This document shows, one piece after another, positions 1 to 15,548 of a DNA stretch of 64,000 bases (position 1 is its first letter; each line of letters begins with the position of its first letter). The translations under genes and the position numbers were made by a program. The stretch spans positions 35,774,001 to 35,838,000 of the forward strand of contig OZ024746.1 in assembly GCA_964016885.1 (NCBI GenBank), given 5' to 3'. The DNA comes from Eledone cirrhosa. Its lineage: Eukaryota. A model generated the notes under the pieces. That model was not told the DNA's origin and did no database searches. It worked only from the letters and a program-made list of their open reading frames with translations.

Positions 1-173
1 AGAATTTTTGTCGATATCGATATTACATCTGTTCTCTACTTCCAGCAATTGCCTAAGGAATGATTTTTAATATAACATAAAACGGTGGAAATGCCGTCTT
101 AATTTACGATAAAACTCTTCAAGTGGACTAGCTAATCTAAATGTCTCATTATATTTGGCTGTCTACTATTACG

Positions 174-275
<102 letters not shown>

Positions 276-504
276 TTGTGTAATTGAGGGACAGTGTTTT
301 ATCTTTTATACGCTCACGCACGCACACACGCACCACACTTTGATATATATACACATACAAATGTTTATGTATATTGCTCTCCCTTCTCTTTCTATATCGC
401 TCTTTCCCCCTCCATTGGTATATATATATATATATATCTTTGTTCGTACTGTCTCTCTGTTTTGTTCCAGTTCCATTTTTCACTATACACACACACATAT
501 ATAT

Positions 505-1000
<496 letters not shown>

Positions 1001-1023
1001 TACAGAACTTCAGTACATATAAT

Positions 1024-1425
1024 TTAACTTTTTTTCTTTGGAGTATATATGAAGAGTTTGTGGGGTTTTCTTATTCTGGAAAAACCTACATATATTTGAG
1101 TAAGTGAGAAACTTCCCTCTTCTAACTGCAGACCGACAACTTGCAGGGTGTGAACATTGAATTTGTTAATTTTCATTGCGTAATTAACTCTTAATGGGAA
1201 TTGCAATAGAAACGATACGGGGGCATCTGTTGGTATTAGCGTCATGCATCGTATACATGCGATGTATCACATACCATATCCAGTGAAGATTTTTTGCTTC
1301 GTAATGTGAGGCTGTATTTCAGTCACAACCATATTTGTCCCATTGCATAGTCTTGGCTTCCATGTTTCTGAGAAGCTTAATGACTGTGTCTCTCTGCAAT
1401 TCAAGGTTGTGTGGCAGCATATCGG
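1024..1425 (-). pseudogene. Helitron Rep/Pif1-like helicase C-terminal remnant (frameshifted)
   Basis: Minus-strand frames give PHNLELQRDTVIKLLRN, RLCNGT and LQFPLRVNYAMKINK..TLQVVGLQL...QIYVGFSR. These match the Pif1/Helitron motifs PPHxLxLK..LLRN..LCNGT and QFPxxLAFAMTINKSQGQTL..GQLYVAxSR. Confidence 0.8.
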
Positions 1426-3897
1426 ATTGTTTTTTTGTCTCAGTTAATATACATATATCATTTGCTCTGATTTCAAATTCGCTCTCTAACATGTCGATAT
1501 CGTCTGCATATTCAAAGTCACCAACATGGGGACTTTAATAGTAGCTTTATTTTAACCTCAGTGTTAATGTGGAAATCATATTCAAAGGGGAGAATTTCTC
1601 TACTTGCTCTAACTGGTGAACATTAATTCAAACGCAGACTATGTCCATATAAATTGAACAACCAAGAGAAACAGCTAATTATTTCATAAATAATTTTCCT
1701 AACGATTTCAATTGATAAAAATAAACATAACATTTAATTAGCGATATGAATGTTAATATATTCTGGCTATGAGTCACTACACCCTGTACGTTCTCATTTT
1801 TCATTTACCAATGTTATTCTCCTCTCACTTTCGATTTACCTACATTAGTATCAGTCATCTGCAGACACCGAGACACAACATTGAGTATTGTGTTAAAGAT
1901 TTAGATAGCGCTAAACACTGAGAGAAGTCGTTAGGTGTTATATAGCACTGACTGGATTAATGAAATACAACTGAATCACTTTCATTCCAACCAAGATTTC
2001 ACCATGAAAATGTAATTAACATTTCAGATGAATATAAAAATGTTAGGAAAACTGATATCCCAATAACTAAACTACGATTTATATACATATTACATAATTA
2101 ATCAGCTAAATATTTTAAAGCAACGGGCCTTATTATTTTCTTTCCAAACCAAATCTGGCTATTATAGCTAGGTTTAATCTTCCTTAAATATTTCAATGCA
2201 ATAATATTTGTTTCAGACAAGCGTACACAATATTATGCCACGACCTCGCGAGACTCGGGCTTGACGATATATCATTCTTAATGTTCAATGGTATCAACAC
2301 TTTGTTCACTCTCCTCTCTGACAATGTAATACATATGAATAAAACGTACAACATTTTGACAGTTTTCATATCGGTGTTTATTTAATGCGTTATTATACAT
2401 ACTTTGATCTTTAATCACTGTGCGCATATATTCTTGTGAAAAATATGATCTAATTAATGGTGAATCTGTGTTGTTAAATCAGTCATCTAAGAATTAAAAC
2501 TGAAAAATTCTAATATTTCAACATACTTATGACTTAGTGCTTCCTGTCAATACTTTGCAATTACTTATATATAAATAAATATATTTGAGGAGATGACACA
2601 TGATAATCCCCATTCTTTTCAATAGGTTCGTGTAAAAATACATCACCGCTAGGATAGTATATCATGTTTCAGGTAAGAGGAATATGCTGTTGAACTAACG
2701 AGCTCATATGTGTATACAGTTTATCTATGAGTAATTCAACAAGAGCGATGTCAATATCGACACATACAACATGAGATCAAGTATTTTATAGAACAATAAT
2801 AATAATAATAGTATCGTCACCATAAATAAAATCACTAATGACAATAACAGTAGCAATCCCATTATCCTACATATACTGTATCAATGAATTCTATTTTGAT
2901 GGGAATTAGTTGCCGTGGCTAGGCGATTTTTATGTGAAATCTATGTAGGATTCAAATTGAAGTTTCGAAGAAATTTCAACAAGATTTGATAGCAACCAAT
3001 ATAGGGAGGACGCATGCCAACCCAATAAGCATGAGATGATGCAATGGTTTAGTGCCAAATTCATGTTGGGTCATCAAATCAGATAAGAAACTTTTATAAC
3101 ACATCACCTCGAATAACCTTAACTTGATGGGAAACCAAAGGAAATTAAATGTGTCAACCACAAAATCTAGGTTCGAATTATTTCTATCTAATGTTTGTTA
3201 TTTTCCTAGTTACGTCTCGGATTTGCTAAGGGATTAATACCAATTCATGTAATGATATACAGAAATATATTCTTTGAAGAATCCTATATGAATAATTGTT
3301 TTTAACATAAGCAAAATTCCAGTAGTTCCGAGAGTTTATGGTTGACGATAAAATAGATTACCTTTTTTATTTGAATGGAAATATATTTTCTCGAACACCG
3401 GAGTGTTAAAGGATTAAATCTACTTCCTGTCAATCATCAACATTAAAACGTGATGCATAATCATTCGTAGATTTGTCAAAACATTCATGTGTGCTTTCTC
3501 AGTAGCGACTGTTACCTTACTCTCGAACAGATTCTTCGAGAACATTTTGTATGTTTGAAGTTCGATCTACAATTTATATAAATATGCATGTATGTATATA
3601 CATATATATACATGTATGTGTATAATATTTAAATATTCTGCCATCAAAGCTGTGAAAAAGCAAACTTCACACACTCTGTATTGAACAATTTAATATACTT
3701 GAAATGCATGATAAATCAGTCCATATACGATTCGGCAAAATGTAATGCAAAATTTACATCGATCCTTAAATTAGATATGAACATTTCTAACGGATTATCA
3801 TTTGTAAGAATATAATAATTATACAAACAGAATGTTTTAATTTCAGAATGATCAGTATGCGTGAGGTCAGAGAAGACATCACACAAATAATTTACCG

Positions 3898-3973
3898 GTA
3901 CCTGACCAGGATCGAATTTTAGACCGGGATCCCCACCGTCTATGATTCTTCCAACTAGGCCACCGAAACAGCT
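3898..3973 (-). pseudogene. tRNA-like / Pol III-type repeat head, copy of 5583-5655
   Basis: Near-identical to 5583-5655. Its flank resumes after the SINE/LINE insertions (4841-4870 matches 5760-5790, and 5101-5130 matches 5901-5930). Confidence 0.45.
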
Positions 3974-4087
3974 ACGAAAATGTAATGAAATTTAATAATT
4001 ATAAACACACTTTCAAAATCAAAGTTTAAAAAATGTGGTGTCAATCATGGGTTTCCTCGGGCTATTAGTCATATTTAATAATTATAA

Positions 4088-4278
4088 TAATTGTTTCTAT
4101 TTTTTGGCACAAGGCCAGCAATTACCCACTGAATTACTGGTACTTTATTTTATCGACCCCGTAAGGATGAAAGGCAAAGTTAACCTCGGCGGGATTTGAA
4201 CTCAGAATGGCAAGGGCCGTAACTCTATGCGTCAAAGCATGGCGTCCGACCCTCTACCGATACTGCCAATCCACCGTC
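4088..4278 (-). mobile_element. tRNA-derived SINE with Nin-like central domain
   Basis: The reverse strand has A box tggcagtatcgg, B box gagttcaaatcc, core gcctttcatccttacggggtcgataaaataaagtacc and an (att)n tail. Confidence 0.85.
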
Positions 4279-4289
4279 ATTTGATAATT

Positions 4290-4838
4290 ATAATAATAAT
4301 AATGAAATTATTGTATACAATATTCGGGTACACTACAACTCGCCAAAGGTGCATGTATAGTACATAGAATAATTGTTTCTACTTTAGGCACAAGGCCAGC
4401 AATTACCCAGTGCGTTACTGGTACTTTATTTCATCGACCCCGTAAGGATGAAAGGCAAAGTCAACCTCGGCGGGATTTGAACTCAGATCGTAAAGGGACA
4501 TAACTATGCTGGAAAGCATAACGTCCGACCCTCTACCGATACTGCCAATCCGATAGAATAATATACAAATGTCAGGAACGTGAACATAGCTGGAGAGCGG
4601 CTGACAAAATCTTGCTGAGTGATGCTAAGTCACCCTCGGCCTTCTTGAACATTTTAGCAATGTGCTTTATCCAACCCAAATCTCTGCTGAGTGTAATATC
4701 CAGGTGGCTTCAAAAGAAGACTTACAGATATTAATGTTGTGGAGGGGGTATGTGTACGCTGACTTTTCCTCCCAAATTGCATGGTGGTACACTTGTCCAA
4801 AGCCAGCTTCAGTTGCCAGACCGTGATCCATTGTTGCA
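4290..4838 (-). mobile_element. CR1/L2-type LINE 3' fragment interrupted by a SINE
   Basis: ORF 4654-4839 reads WQLKLALDKCTTMQFGRK, the CR1-group post-RT motif WxLxxNxxKCxxMxFG. There is an (att)n tail near 4290. Confidence 0.6.
4368..4552 (-). mobile_element. tRNA-derived SINE, same family
   Basis: Same A/B boxes and core; flanked by the apparent TSD atagaataat. Confidence 0.85.
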
Positions 4839-4855
4839 TTTAGGGGTGACTTCTC

Positions 4856-4927
4856 AATCTTCTGGCTATTATTTCTATGTGTTTATAACTATTGAATTAA
4901 TTTAATTTTTTTTATATATATATAATA

Positions 4928-4970
<43 letters not shown>

Positions 4971-5041
4971 ATCTTCTGGTTATTATTTCTATGTGTTTAT
5001 AACTATTGAATTAATTTAATTTTTTTCATATATACATAATA

Positions 5042-5100
<59 letters not shown>
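4856..5100 (+). repeat. About 115-bp tandem duplication ending in (TA)n
   Basis: atcttctgg(c/t)tattatttctatgtgtttataactattgaattaattt occurs at about 4857 and about 4971. Confidence 0.85.
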
Positions 5101-5107
<7 letters not shown>

Positions 5108-5443
5108 GCAAATCATTGTAAGTTTGAATCTAACTGACATACAAAAACATATATATGAATTAAGTAACCCCAAATCAGAGCAGATTAAAATATCACAGAG
5201 ATAAAGAGTGAGAGGTGGATAAATGAGGTGCGACAGAAATGAAACATGGATTATAAGTTAAAATATAATTTAGATAGATAAGAAACAAATCGAGGATGTA
5301 GTTTATGGAACACTCAAAAGATTTAGAAGTCGATCTTAAGTAGGAGCAATAACATTATGAAAGACATGTATGAGACCACATCCTTTTGTATTAAACGTTT
5401 TGAAAGTAGGTTTATAAGTATGAATTTGCATAATATCTTCGTA

Positions 5444-5515
5444 GCTGTCTCAGTAGCTTAGTGGTAAATATTAGAGGTGTGGTGATCCTCTTCTTGGGTT
5501 CAATCCTGGCACATG
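5444..5515 (+). pseudogene. tRNA-like Pol III unit (degenerate tRNA or SINE head)
   Basis: A box tagcttagtgg, stem agagg/cctct, B box ggttcaatcc, and downstream oligo-T runs. Confidence 0.55.
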
Positions 5516-5582
5516 TACTCTTTTTCAGTCTTTTTTTACATCACATATAAAAAAACTGAAGTGGTTTGCCGGGAAATCTTTC

Positions 5583-5655
5583 TCCCGATCAGGATCGAAA
5601 TTCAGAACAGGATCCCAACCGTCTATGATTCATCCAACTAGGCCGCCGAGACAGC
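5583..5655 (-). pseudogene. Diverged tRNA-like unit convergent with 5444-5515
   Basis: Reverse strand gctgtctcggcggcctagttgg...tttcgatcc. It shares the upstream ttttgaaagtaggtttataa with the + copy. Confidence 0.45.
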
Positions 5656-6039
5656 TAAACATTTACACTGACAATTAATAATTATAAACCTACTTTCAAA
5701 ATCAAAGTTAAAACGATATGGCGTGGTCCGTAGCTTTCCTAGAGGCAATATTTATATTTAGGGTCGACTTGTCAATCTTCTGGCTCTATGGTAACAACTT
5801 ATTATATATATATATATATAATTTGTTTGTTAAAATAATTATATTAAATTAACTCAACGGTTAAACACACATAGGAATGATAAGGTGGTATATATATATA
5901 TATATAATGCCAATCATTGTGAGTTTGAATCGAGTAATCTGTTAGTAATGGTATGAGTAGTTTCTAACTGGTTCTATCCTGATATAATATGAATGAGAGA
6001 GATGGAGAGAGAGAGAGATTAAGAGTGATTGAGAGAGTG

Positions 6040-6086
<47 letters not shown>

Positions 6087-6885
6087 TTAGCAACCCAATA
6101 TGAAAGACAATATATCATACATAAATCTGATTTGATACGACCGAGTTCCAGACGACAGTTACTCAGATTTGAGTTGATTTAATTAGAATTAATCTGTATT
6201 TTTATATTCACGCCCAAATGTTTAATACACCGGCGAACCCGACTTTTCTCATCTATAACCTATCTCTAAGTAAAATAAATTTCTCAAGAAATAGATATAT
6301 GAAAACGAAGTGTAGATTACATGAAATGAAACTCTGCCTCGGGAAAAAATTTACATTTCTGATTCTTGTATAAAAATTTCAAAATAAAAAAAAAAAATTG
6401 AAATTGGAATGATGATAACGAACTAAAAATAATACTATAACTATTTTGTCTGGTGTTTGAAGTTTTTATGATTTGACAGAAGATCACGTTGAGTTACTAC
6501 AGTACTACTGATATGTCAAACAAAAACACAATAATACGAAAATGTTTACATGCATATATTTTTTACACCTCTCTTATCAACTAAACTTCGGCTTAAAACA
6601 GTTTACCTCCTTATCCCTCCTTCTTATATTTATATGGGAAACGCCGTTGAGTGTGTTACACACCAATAAATGAATATTGATGCAATTTGGTTTGAGCACG
6701 CAATGTCATGTACTTTCTTCCAAATATTATTTGTCAGTCAGACGGGGAGAATAAGTCGAATAACAAAAATCCGAATCCTCTTCTAGATTTAAAAAGGCCT
6801 ATATTTACATGTTTCAATGAAGATTGTGTTCCATCATTCAACCAGACAACCAACACCGCTAGACACCAGCTTGTGTAATATGGTT

Positions 6886-6996
6886 ATATTTCCGAAGAAA
6901 TCTTCTCTAAAAACAAGGGAACAAAGAAAGTTGTATTGTTATAGCCGAAGTCCCTTTTGTTTTCTTTTGATTGCCCCGGAAATCTTAATAAAATAT
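6886..6996 (+). ncRNA. Degenerate type I hammerhead with long stem II
   Basis: atattt CCGAAGA ...(aatc/gatt, aaaacaa/ttgtttt)... GAAA tcttaa TA aaatat; 6-bp stem I. Confidence 0.45.
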
Positions 6997-7062
6997 TTCA
7001 TAACATCTACACCGAACATCGCATCGTCCTTATATTATGTATATACATATATATATATATAT

Positions 7063-7152
<90 letters not shown>

Positions 7153-7227
7153 GCATATATAGGTTTCTTCGCCATCACTGTTTTAGAATAACCGCCCGCT
7201 GTACTATGCATAAAATACTCTTCTACT

Positions 7228-8311
<1,084 letters not shown>

Positions 8312-8412
8312 GTGTTTCTGTTATGTATTTCCGTAGAAAGGGAAAAGGAAAGAAGAGTGCTCTACGGATAGTAGAGAGCTATATAATTGTATAATAAACG
8401 ACAAAATATAAG

Positions 8413-8550
8413 TATTCCATTACACAAGGTTTCATGTAACTAGAGGTTTCTAACAGAAACATCCAGTGCATGCATCATATTTCATCTGATAAGTGAACTG
8501 GACGTTTCTTTTAGAACGTTCTAATTTCATGAAACCTCAATAATAGAATA
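8413..8550. repeat. Imperfect palindrome (MITE-like)
   Basis: aggtttcatg/catgaaacct and agaaacatccagt/actggacgtttct pair symmetrically. Confidence 0.6.
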
Positions 8551-8659
8551 ATTATATTGTGTTGTTTATCATGTAATTACACACATATACCCCCCCACAC
8601 ACACACACATATATGCACACACACACACACACACATACACACACACACACACACACACA

Positions 8660-8719
<60 letters not shown>

Positions 8720-9719
8720 TATATATCACATATCTATCTATCTATCTCTCTATATATCCATCTATTTATATACATATACAGAAGTTAGTACAGCGTAATC
8801 GAAGCTCTGGCTGCTAACGAATGCAATCGGCATTTGCAGCTAAGCACTCAAAAAGGTATATTACCTTAGAGTTATATCATTACGTTTAGACAGCTTTCCA
8901 AATTGAAGACAGCGCGACCGATAAGCGAGCCGCAGTGACCAAAGCAACGAAAAAACTGACTCAGGAATATATGACAAACCTGGATCATCGCGTTGATATT
9001 ATAAAATATCTCCGCTAGGTTTCTGTAAATCCGAAATCAACAAAATCCACTTGCAGGGGCCTGTAAGTATTGGTTTTGGAAGATTGAATAGTGGAATTTA
9101 CTTCGTCAACATGTTTTCGTTCTAGTCCGCTCCGGTTATGAATATGAGCAGTAAACACGGCCAGTAGTCACGTAGTTTTCCCGAAGGGAGGTAACCCTCG
9201 GTTTTGGCGGTCAAATTTAAAATTTGAACAAAGGAATAAACTCCTTTTCACAAACCGAATAAAGCTCTCAACTACATGTTATTAAACAAACATAAACAAT
9301 TATCACGATAAACAATATCCGACATGTGTGGCAGAGGGCTCAATATATATATAATCATTGGTCATTTAAAACGAGAATTTGATATTCTCTAAATGAAATA
9401 AGTGGAACTTATATCCTAGTATTTAGAATCTGAAAATCACTTTATTTGCACCAAAATACTATGTACAAATTTAAATGATTGTGCTAAATCAACTATTGAA
9501 TGATGCAATGCGCCAAACAACGAAAGAATTGAACTAATAAATAGACGCCAGCAGAATATTGAAACAAATATGAGATGGAGTTATCTATATAACAATGTTG
9601 TTATAGGACCGGAATAGTGTCTAACTTAAAGCACATTAAAAACCAAAACGAGAGAGCATGATAGAAATCACTTTACTTATTTTACGAATTATTAAAACAT
9701 TGCTTATTCATTAACATTC

Positions 9720-9767
9720 TGGTTACTGATGACGGAAATGGAATTTCCTCTAAATTTTATATAACCA
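9720..9767 (+). ncRNA. Degenerate type I hammerhead (G12 lost)
   Basis: tggtta CTGATGA c ggaaat gga atttcc tc TAAA tttta TA taacca. Confidence 0.55.
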
Positions 9768-11439
9768 TTAAAATCCGCATTTTGTCTGCATATAGCGAAT
9801 TTAAACATACTGTGAGCTAAGTTGAGGTATTTGAGATTGGGACTGAACCTATACGGAATAAATAATGTCTTTTCTGATAATTGTGAACAAACGAAATCAA
9901 TGGAGATCTCGAGAGAAATAATTTAAACCAAACTGGCAAACTTTATTAGGCATGTTACTACCAAAGAAAAGTATTAGACACCAGTGGCATGGGAGGGAAA
10001 ATATAACAATCAGAATTGCAAGAGCAACATACAATGGTATTTCTTTAAAGGTAACCAAGTAAAAAAAAATCAAATTTTTACAGCTTTTACATGTTCAATA
10101 TCAATGCATCGATCGAAATGCTAGACTCTAAACATGGTAAGCACATTATAGTTTCTAAATGTAGTATTAGAGTCGAAATAAAAATATCAAATTACTTTAA
10201 AGGAACAGTCATTGTTCGTTGGATTGTGCTGGATTTAGACAAATTCAATATTATGGTCAAATAATCAAGGAAAATTGCCTACAAAAGTAGTTCTGGAATA
10301 TTTGTATTGATATATCATAAATATAGTTTTATTGCATGTGGCGTCCACATAGCAAGTGTTGCTGTTGCATAGGATTCTAATGCTCTTCACACACACATTC
10401 ACATTTTTACAAACACAACGTCACAGACTCACACGTCTCACAAGTCAATATTATTATGTTTTGATAGGAACACACGATATATTGATATCATGCTTAACTT
10501 CTAACCTAAAATATTTTCATGTGGAAAAATGTCTGAGAATATTCTTCGGCAACGATATTTTACATAGTGGAAAGTAGGTTTAAGAAAAAATACACCATTC
10601 GGAATAATATGCTTGGCGGGTAAAGTAAATTAAGTGATAAATGGATTAATCAGAAAGCTCCAAATATGGAACCCCTTAAACACAATAAGCGATATGTCGA
10701 AAACGCAAACAAATACGCTAATCAGATTTCAGATGAGCGTATTTTAATGTGTGTGATCTCATCCATTCAATTCCTTCGTTCTTATCATTTTTTCGAGTCA
10801 ACTCACATCGAGCCGCTGATTTCTGTCCTTCGAGGTAATATTTTACCCAACACCGCTTCGATGGCATTTGCTGTTTTAACGGCTTCCTTAGGCCGACTTT
10901 TTCCATTTTCCTACGAATTCTAATACACTTGGGTTTCAAAATTCGATATTCGAGTTAGTTTTATTTCTAACTTTAATAGCTATTCTAGCCTGCTATCGCT
11001 GATTGATACTATGCTTAAGGTGAGTTGTCTTATCTTCCCTCTTCCTCTCTTCCCGTTCTTTCATTCTTTCTTTTTCTCCTTTCTCACTTACTGCTCTTTT
11101 TCTTACTCTCCCTCCCTCTCGCGTTTGCGTGCTTTCTTCCCTTCCCCACTTACAGTGCCATTGTTCTTCCTTTCACCCGAAGACTTGAGGTCGATTGGAC
11201 GCACTCTATTTCTCTCTCTCTCTTTGACTTTTCCCAAAACAATCATTACACCAACGCGGATATTTACTTTTCCATTGGTACGAACCACCTTTTCTTTGCA
11301 GTAATTCAGTGAAATCGTTAAAACTGCAGGTGGTCTGAAATATGCTGATCGTATTCTAATGCTTGTGATCTTTTCTCATTTATTCTATTTCTTTCTTCCT
11401 ATCATTTCGAGCCGCCGCTAATTTCTGTCATTCGAGTGA

Positions 11440-11485
<46 letters not shown>

Positions 11486-11823
11486 ATAATAATAATTGTG
11501 AAGACTAAAATTCAAAGAAGGCTCGATAAGGATAAATATATATCAAATATATAAGATCCCTAGATGCGTTATACATATTAATGTGTGTATTTTTATATAC
11601 GTTTATAAAATTATATGTATATGTGTACACACACACACATATTTTTTATGTATATTTGGTGTATACGTTCGTATGTGTGCGGGTTTACGCACGTGTGCGC
11701 GTGTTTATGTGTACGTGTATGCATGGGGTGCATACTCGTTTATGTACGTATATAGATGTGTGTATGTATATATTTAATTAATATTATATTTACGATTTTA
11801 ATATTATATTTATGATTTTAATC

Positions 11824-12008
11824 AGTGGATTGGCAGTATCGGTAGAAAGTCGGACGCCATGCTTTCCAGTATAGTTACGTCCCTTTACGATCTGAGTTCA
11901 AATCCCGCCGAGGTTGACTTTGCCTTTCATCCTTACGGGGTCGATTAAATAAAGTACCAGTAATGCACTAGGTAATTGCTGGCCTTCTGCCTAAAGTAGA
12001 AACAATTA
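11824..12008 (+). mobile_element. tRNA-derived SINE nested in the PLE 5' pLTR
   Basis: A/B boxes and core present; TSD attatatttatgattttaat on both sides; absent from the 3' pLTR copy. Confidence 0.88.
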
Positions 12009-12286
12009 TATTTATGATTTTAATAACCTATTTCATTTTCGTTCAACTAATTTATTTACATTATTCTTAACTCCGAAGCCGAGAATAATTCGGTTTCCTA
12101 AATACCATATTAGTCTAATGACTCCATTTATACCATAAACAGGGTTTTGTCTCATCGCTCAACATAACGACGTATTATATTCGCTTTCTTCCGTTCATTG
12201 CCAGAGATCGTCTTCACGAACCAAAGTATGGTCTTCCTCTTTTCCTTCGGTTGCAACGTTTTTCGAAATATTTACTTCTGCGTTCA

Positions 12287-12361
12287 CAGACTGATTATTT
12301 TAGCTTGCAGAAGATCCCGTTAAGGGTGAAAGCAACGATTCTTTGCTTAACATTTAATCTG
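12287..12361 (+). ncRNA. Hammerhead-like motif with CAGAAGA core in the pLTR (second copy 14892-14942)
   Basis: CAGAAGA t ccc gttaa ggg t GAAA gcaa cgattct ttgc TT. Confidence 0.55.
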
Positions 12362-12506
12362 TTATTTTAATAAATATTTGCTCTAGGGTTCTTATATATT
12401 GATATATATTCATCCTTATTGAGCCCTCTTTGGATTTTAGTCTTCACATTTAGTAATATTAATATTTGGTTCCCGCGGTTGTGCACTCTCTTGACTTATA
12501 TTCAAC

Positions 12507-14490
12507 ATGCAGAAACAACCCTTGAATATTTCTACAAAGAACATACCCGTACCTAGCATGGATGGCATATTTAATACTTCTTATACAAAAAACGGATTCG
12601 TTCTTAAAAGATTGCGTTGGTGGGCCTTTTATTTCGATAACCAGGAAAAAGCAGACAATACACATAATAAATTTGGGTTTAAAACTTATAATAACGTTCC
12701 GAGGAACCCAGATTTGTTCCCTTTCGAAAACTATGTCTTGGAACTCATACGGAGTATCAAATTTCGGAACAGGAGCAATTCCTGCCAACAGGACCTGCAG
12801 CAAAGAATTCGTTCTATTAAGGATTCTAATGCCGTGCACGTCCACTCCGACAAAACTGGTAATTTATATCAAGTGGAGCGCAGTACTTACAATCAACTGC
12901 TACATAATGCTATAACCGAGAATTACCGGAAAACCGAGCGTAGTGTCATTAATGACATCAACGATGCTGGTTTTACAATCACTTCAGAACACGAAATCCA
13001 GGACCTGACTGAACATCTGGACTCTATTTATTCCCACTTTACCCTGAGGGATCACAAAGCCAATTTCGCTAACAATTCTTCTATTCGGCTGAGTAACCCT
13101 ACGAAGTCTGATTTAGGTAGACTTAATAAAAAGATTTTAGATAGGAATTATACCTGAATTAGAAGCTTGGGCCACCCTTGCACTGTGGAATAATTCTTTC
13201 GCGGTGATTGATTGGTTCAATGGCATATGCAACAAGGAACATTGCGGTTTTATCCAATTCGACATCAATAACTACTACACCTCCATCACTTTACCAATTC
13301 TTCTTAGATCTATCAATTTCGCTAAAACGCTCACGCTGGTTAATGATTTTGAAGTTTATGTCATCCTCATTGCCGATAAGTGGGTGATTAATTTCGACGA
13401 CTCTATTTCGATAAAAACAATCTAATAGTACCCCATTCTACGTGAATATGGGTGCCAGCGATTCGGTGGAGGTTACAGATATCATCGGACTTTTCCTTCT
13501 TTTCTCTATCAAGGAAGAATTCCCTCATGTGGGCGGTGGTTTGTACCGCGATGATGGTAATTTGACCATGACAAAGTGCAGTCCCCGCACCTGCGACTGG
13601 TTTAAATAGAACTCAAAGCCTTCTTTAAAGGTTTCAACCTCTACATACACGTTGAGGCCAACCTTTCGGTCGTAAACTACCTCGTCGTTACATTCAATGT
13701 GTCAAACGGCTTGGACTACCCATATAGAAAGCAGAATTATACGCTTAATTACATCAGTAAGCATTCTAACCATCCTGCCAGCATAACCAAAAACATGGTA
13801 AGAACCGTTTCTTTGAGGCTTTCCCTTCTATCTACAAACGATCGTATTTTCACCGACCATTCCACATATTACAATGAAGCTCTTGCTCGCAGTGGATTTG
13901 TCGATAAGGTAGCATATACATAGTATGAGCATAAACGTAAAAAAATAGATCCCGACGAATTATTTGGTATAACCCACTATATAATATAGAGGTGTCCACG
14001 ACATTAGCTAAATCGCTCTCTCCCTTATTAAGAAGCATTTACTCCTAGCACATAATAAAATAACATTTTAAATAGAAATACCGTTAAAATATCTCACTCC
14101 ACGACACCTAACTTTGCACATAACATCACTGCTTCAAAATTAGTTAAATTACCTAGCCGTAGTAACAAGTGCAATCCTGTAGCTATTACTAACTGTAATT
14201 GTAGGAATTGGGTTGACTGCCCTCTATCCAGGAAATCTCTCTCCAGTAACATTGTCTACTAATGTAAGGACGAAACACTCACGTCCAGAAGGGCCTACAT
14301 AGCGCTAACCGCCAATAGATTCAATCAGCGTCTTTACATGCAGAACCATTCTTTTCGTAACCCTTTAAGAATGAATTTGACGTCACTTTCAGCTTATATC
14401 TGGAGTCTAAAAGACAATCACACCCAATATAGTTTACAGTGGGAGATCCTAGCTAAAGCTAGATCGTATAACGGAAATAAAAGACCATGC
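12507..14490 (+). pseudogene. PLE RT + GIY-YIG endonuclease ORF with frameshifts and stops
   Basis: RLRWWAFYF; SDKTGNLY; FIQFDINNYYTSI; MGASDSVEVTDIIG..GLYRDDG; SNHP; IIWYNP; CNCRNWVDCPL (CxCx5C); NIVY..AYIALT..FNQR..HSFRN..LSAYIWSLKD. Confidence 0.88.
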
Positions 14491-14938
14491 TGTATTTGGT
14501 GTATACGTTCGTATATGTGTGGGTACATGTGTCGCGCAGGTTTACGCTCGTGTGCGCGTGTTTATGTGTACGTGCATGTAAATGCATGTATAGCGCGTGT
14601 TTTCGCGTATGCTCGTGTATGTACATATATAGATGTGGCTATGTATATATTTAATTATTATTAGATTTATGATTTTAATAACGTCTGTCATTTTCGCTGA
14701 ATCTAATTTATTTATATTATTCTTAACTCCGAAGCCGAGAATCATTCGGTTTCCTAAATAGAATATTAGTCTAATGACTCCATTTATACAATAAACGTGG
14801 TTTTTACATTGCGTGTAGCGGCTTCCTGTTTTCCTTCGGTTGCAACGTTTTTCGAAATATTTATATCTGCGTTCACTGATTGATTTTTTTCGTTTCAGAA
14901 GATCCCGTTAAGGGTGAAAGCAGCGATTCTTTTCTTAA

Positions 14939-14991
<53 letters not shown>

Positions 14992-14993
<2 letters not shown>

Positions 14994-15211
14994 CCCAGTA
15001 CATTACTGGTACTTTATTTTATCGACTCGGTAAGGATGAAGGGCAAAGTTAACCTCGGCGGGATTTGAACTCAGACTGTAAAGGGACGTAACTATGCTAG
15101 AAAACATGGCATCCAACCCTCTATCGATACTGCCAGACGAGAGAAGAAACATTAGATATAATTAGTAATAAGATATATCATACCTAAACTGCTTCTAATG
15201 TCCCCGACTAC

Positions 15212-15252
<41 letters not shown>

Positions 15253-15266
15253 AATATATATATATT

Positions 15267-15329
<63 letters not shown>

Positions 15330-15514
15330 GTAGTGGGGTACTTTAGAAGCAGTTTAGGTATCATATATCTTATTACTAATTACATCTAATGTTTCTTCTC
15401 TCTTCTGGCAGTATCGATAGAGGGTTGGATGCCATGTTTTCTACCATAGTTACGTCCCTTTACAGTCTGAGTTCAAATCCCGCCGAGGTTAACTTATATA
15501 TATATATAAGTTAT

Positions 15515-15548
<34 letters not shown>

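Larger units (their letters stand above)
11482..14942 (+). mobile_element. Penelope-like retroelement, Hydra-like clade, decayed, with pseudo-LTRs
   Basis: 5' pLTR 11640-12460 is repeated at 14490-14942, and 11482-11562 is an inverted copy of 12380-12460. The element is flanked by (TA)n and encodes RT followed by a C-terminal GIY-YIG. Confidence 0.88.

Noticed and set aside
10700-11440. Diverged direct repeats at about 10745-10840 and 11365-11440 as element termini
   Set aside because: The similarity is real but weak, with no ribozyme, ORF or second copy to classify it.
13140-13170. In-frame TGA ending the first PLE ORF piece as possible selenocysteine
   Set aside because: It is better explained by a 1-nt frameshift. 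The element also has TAA/TAG stops and a C-terminal endonuclease, unlike the selenoprotein-coding Naiad PLEs.
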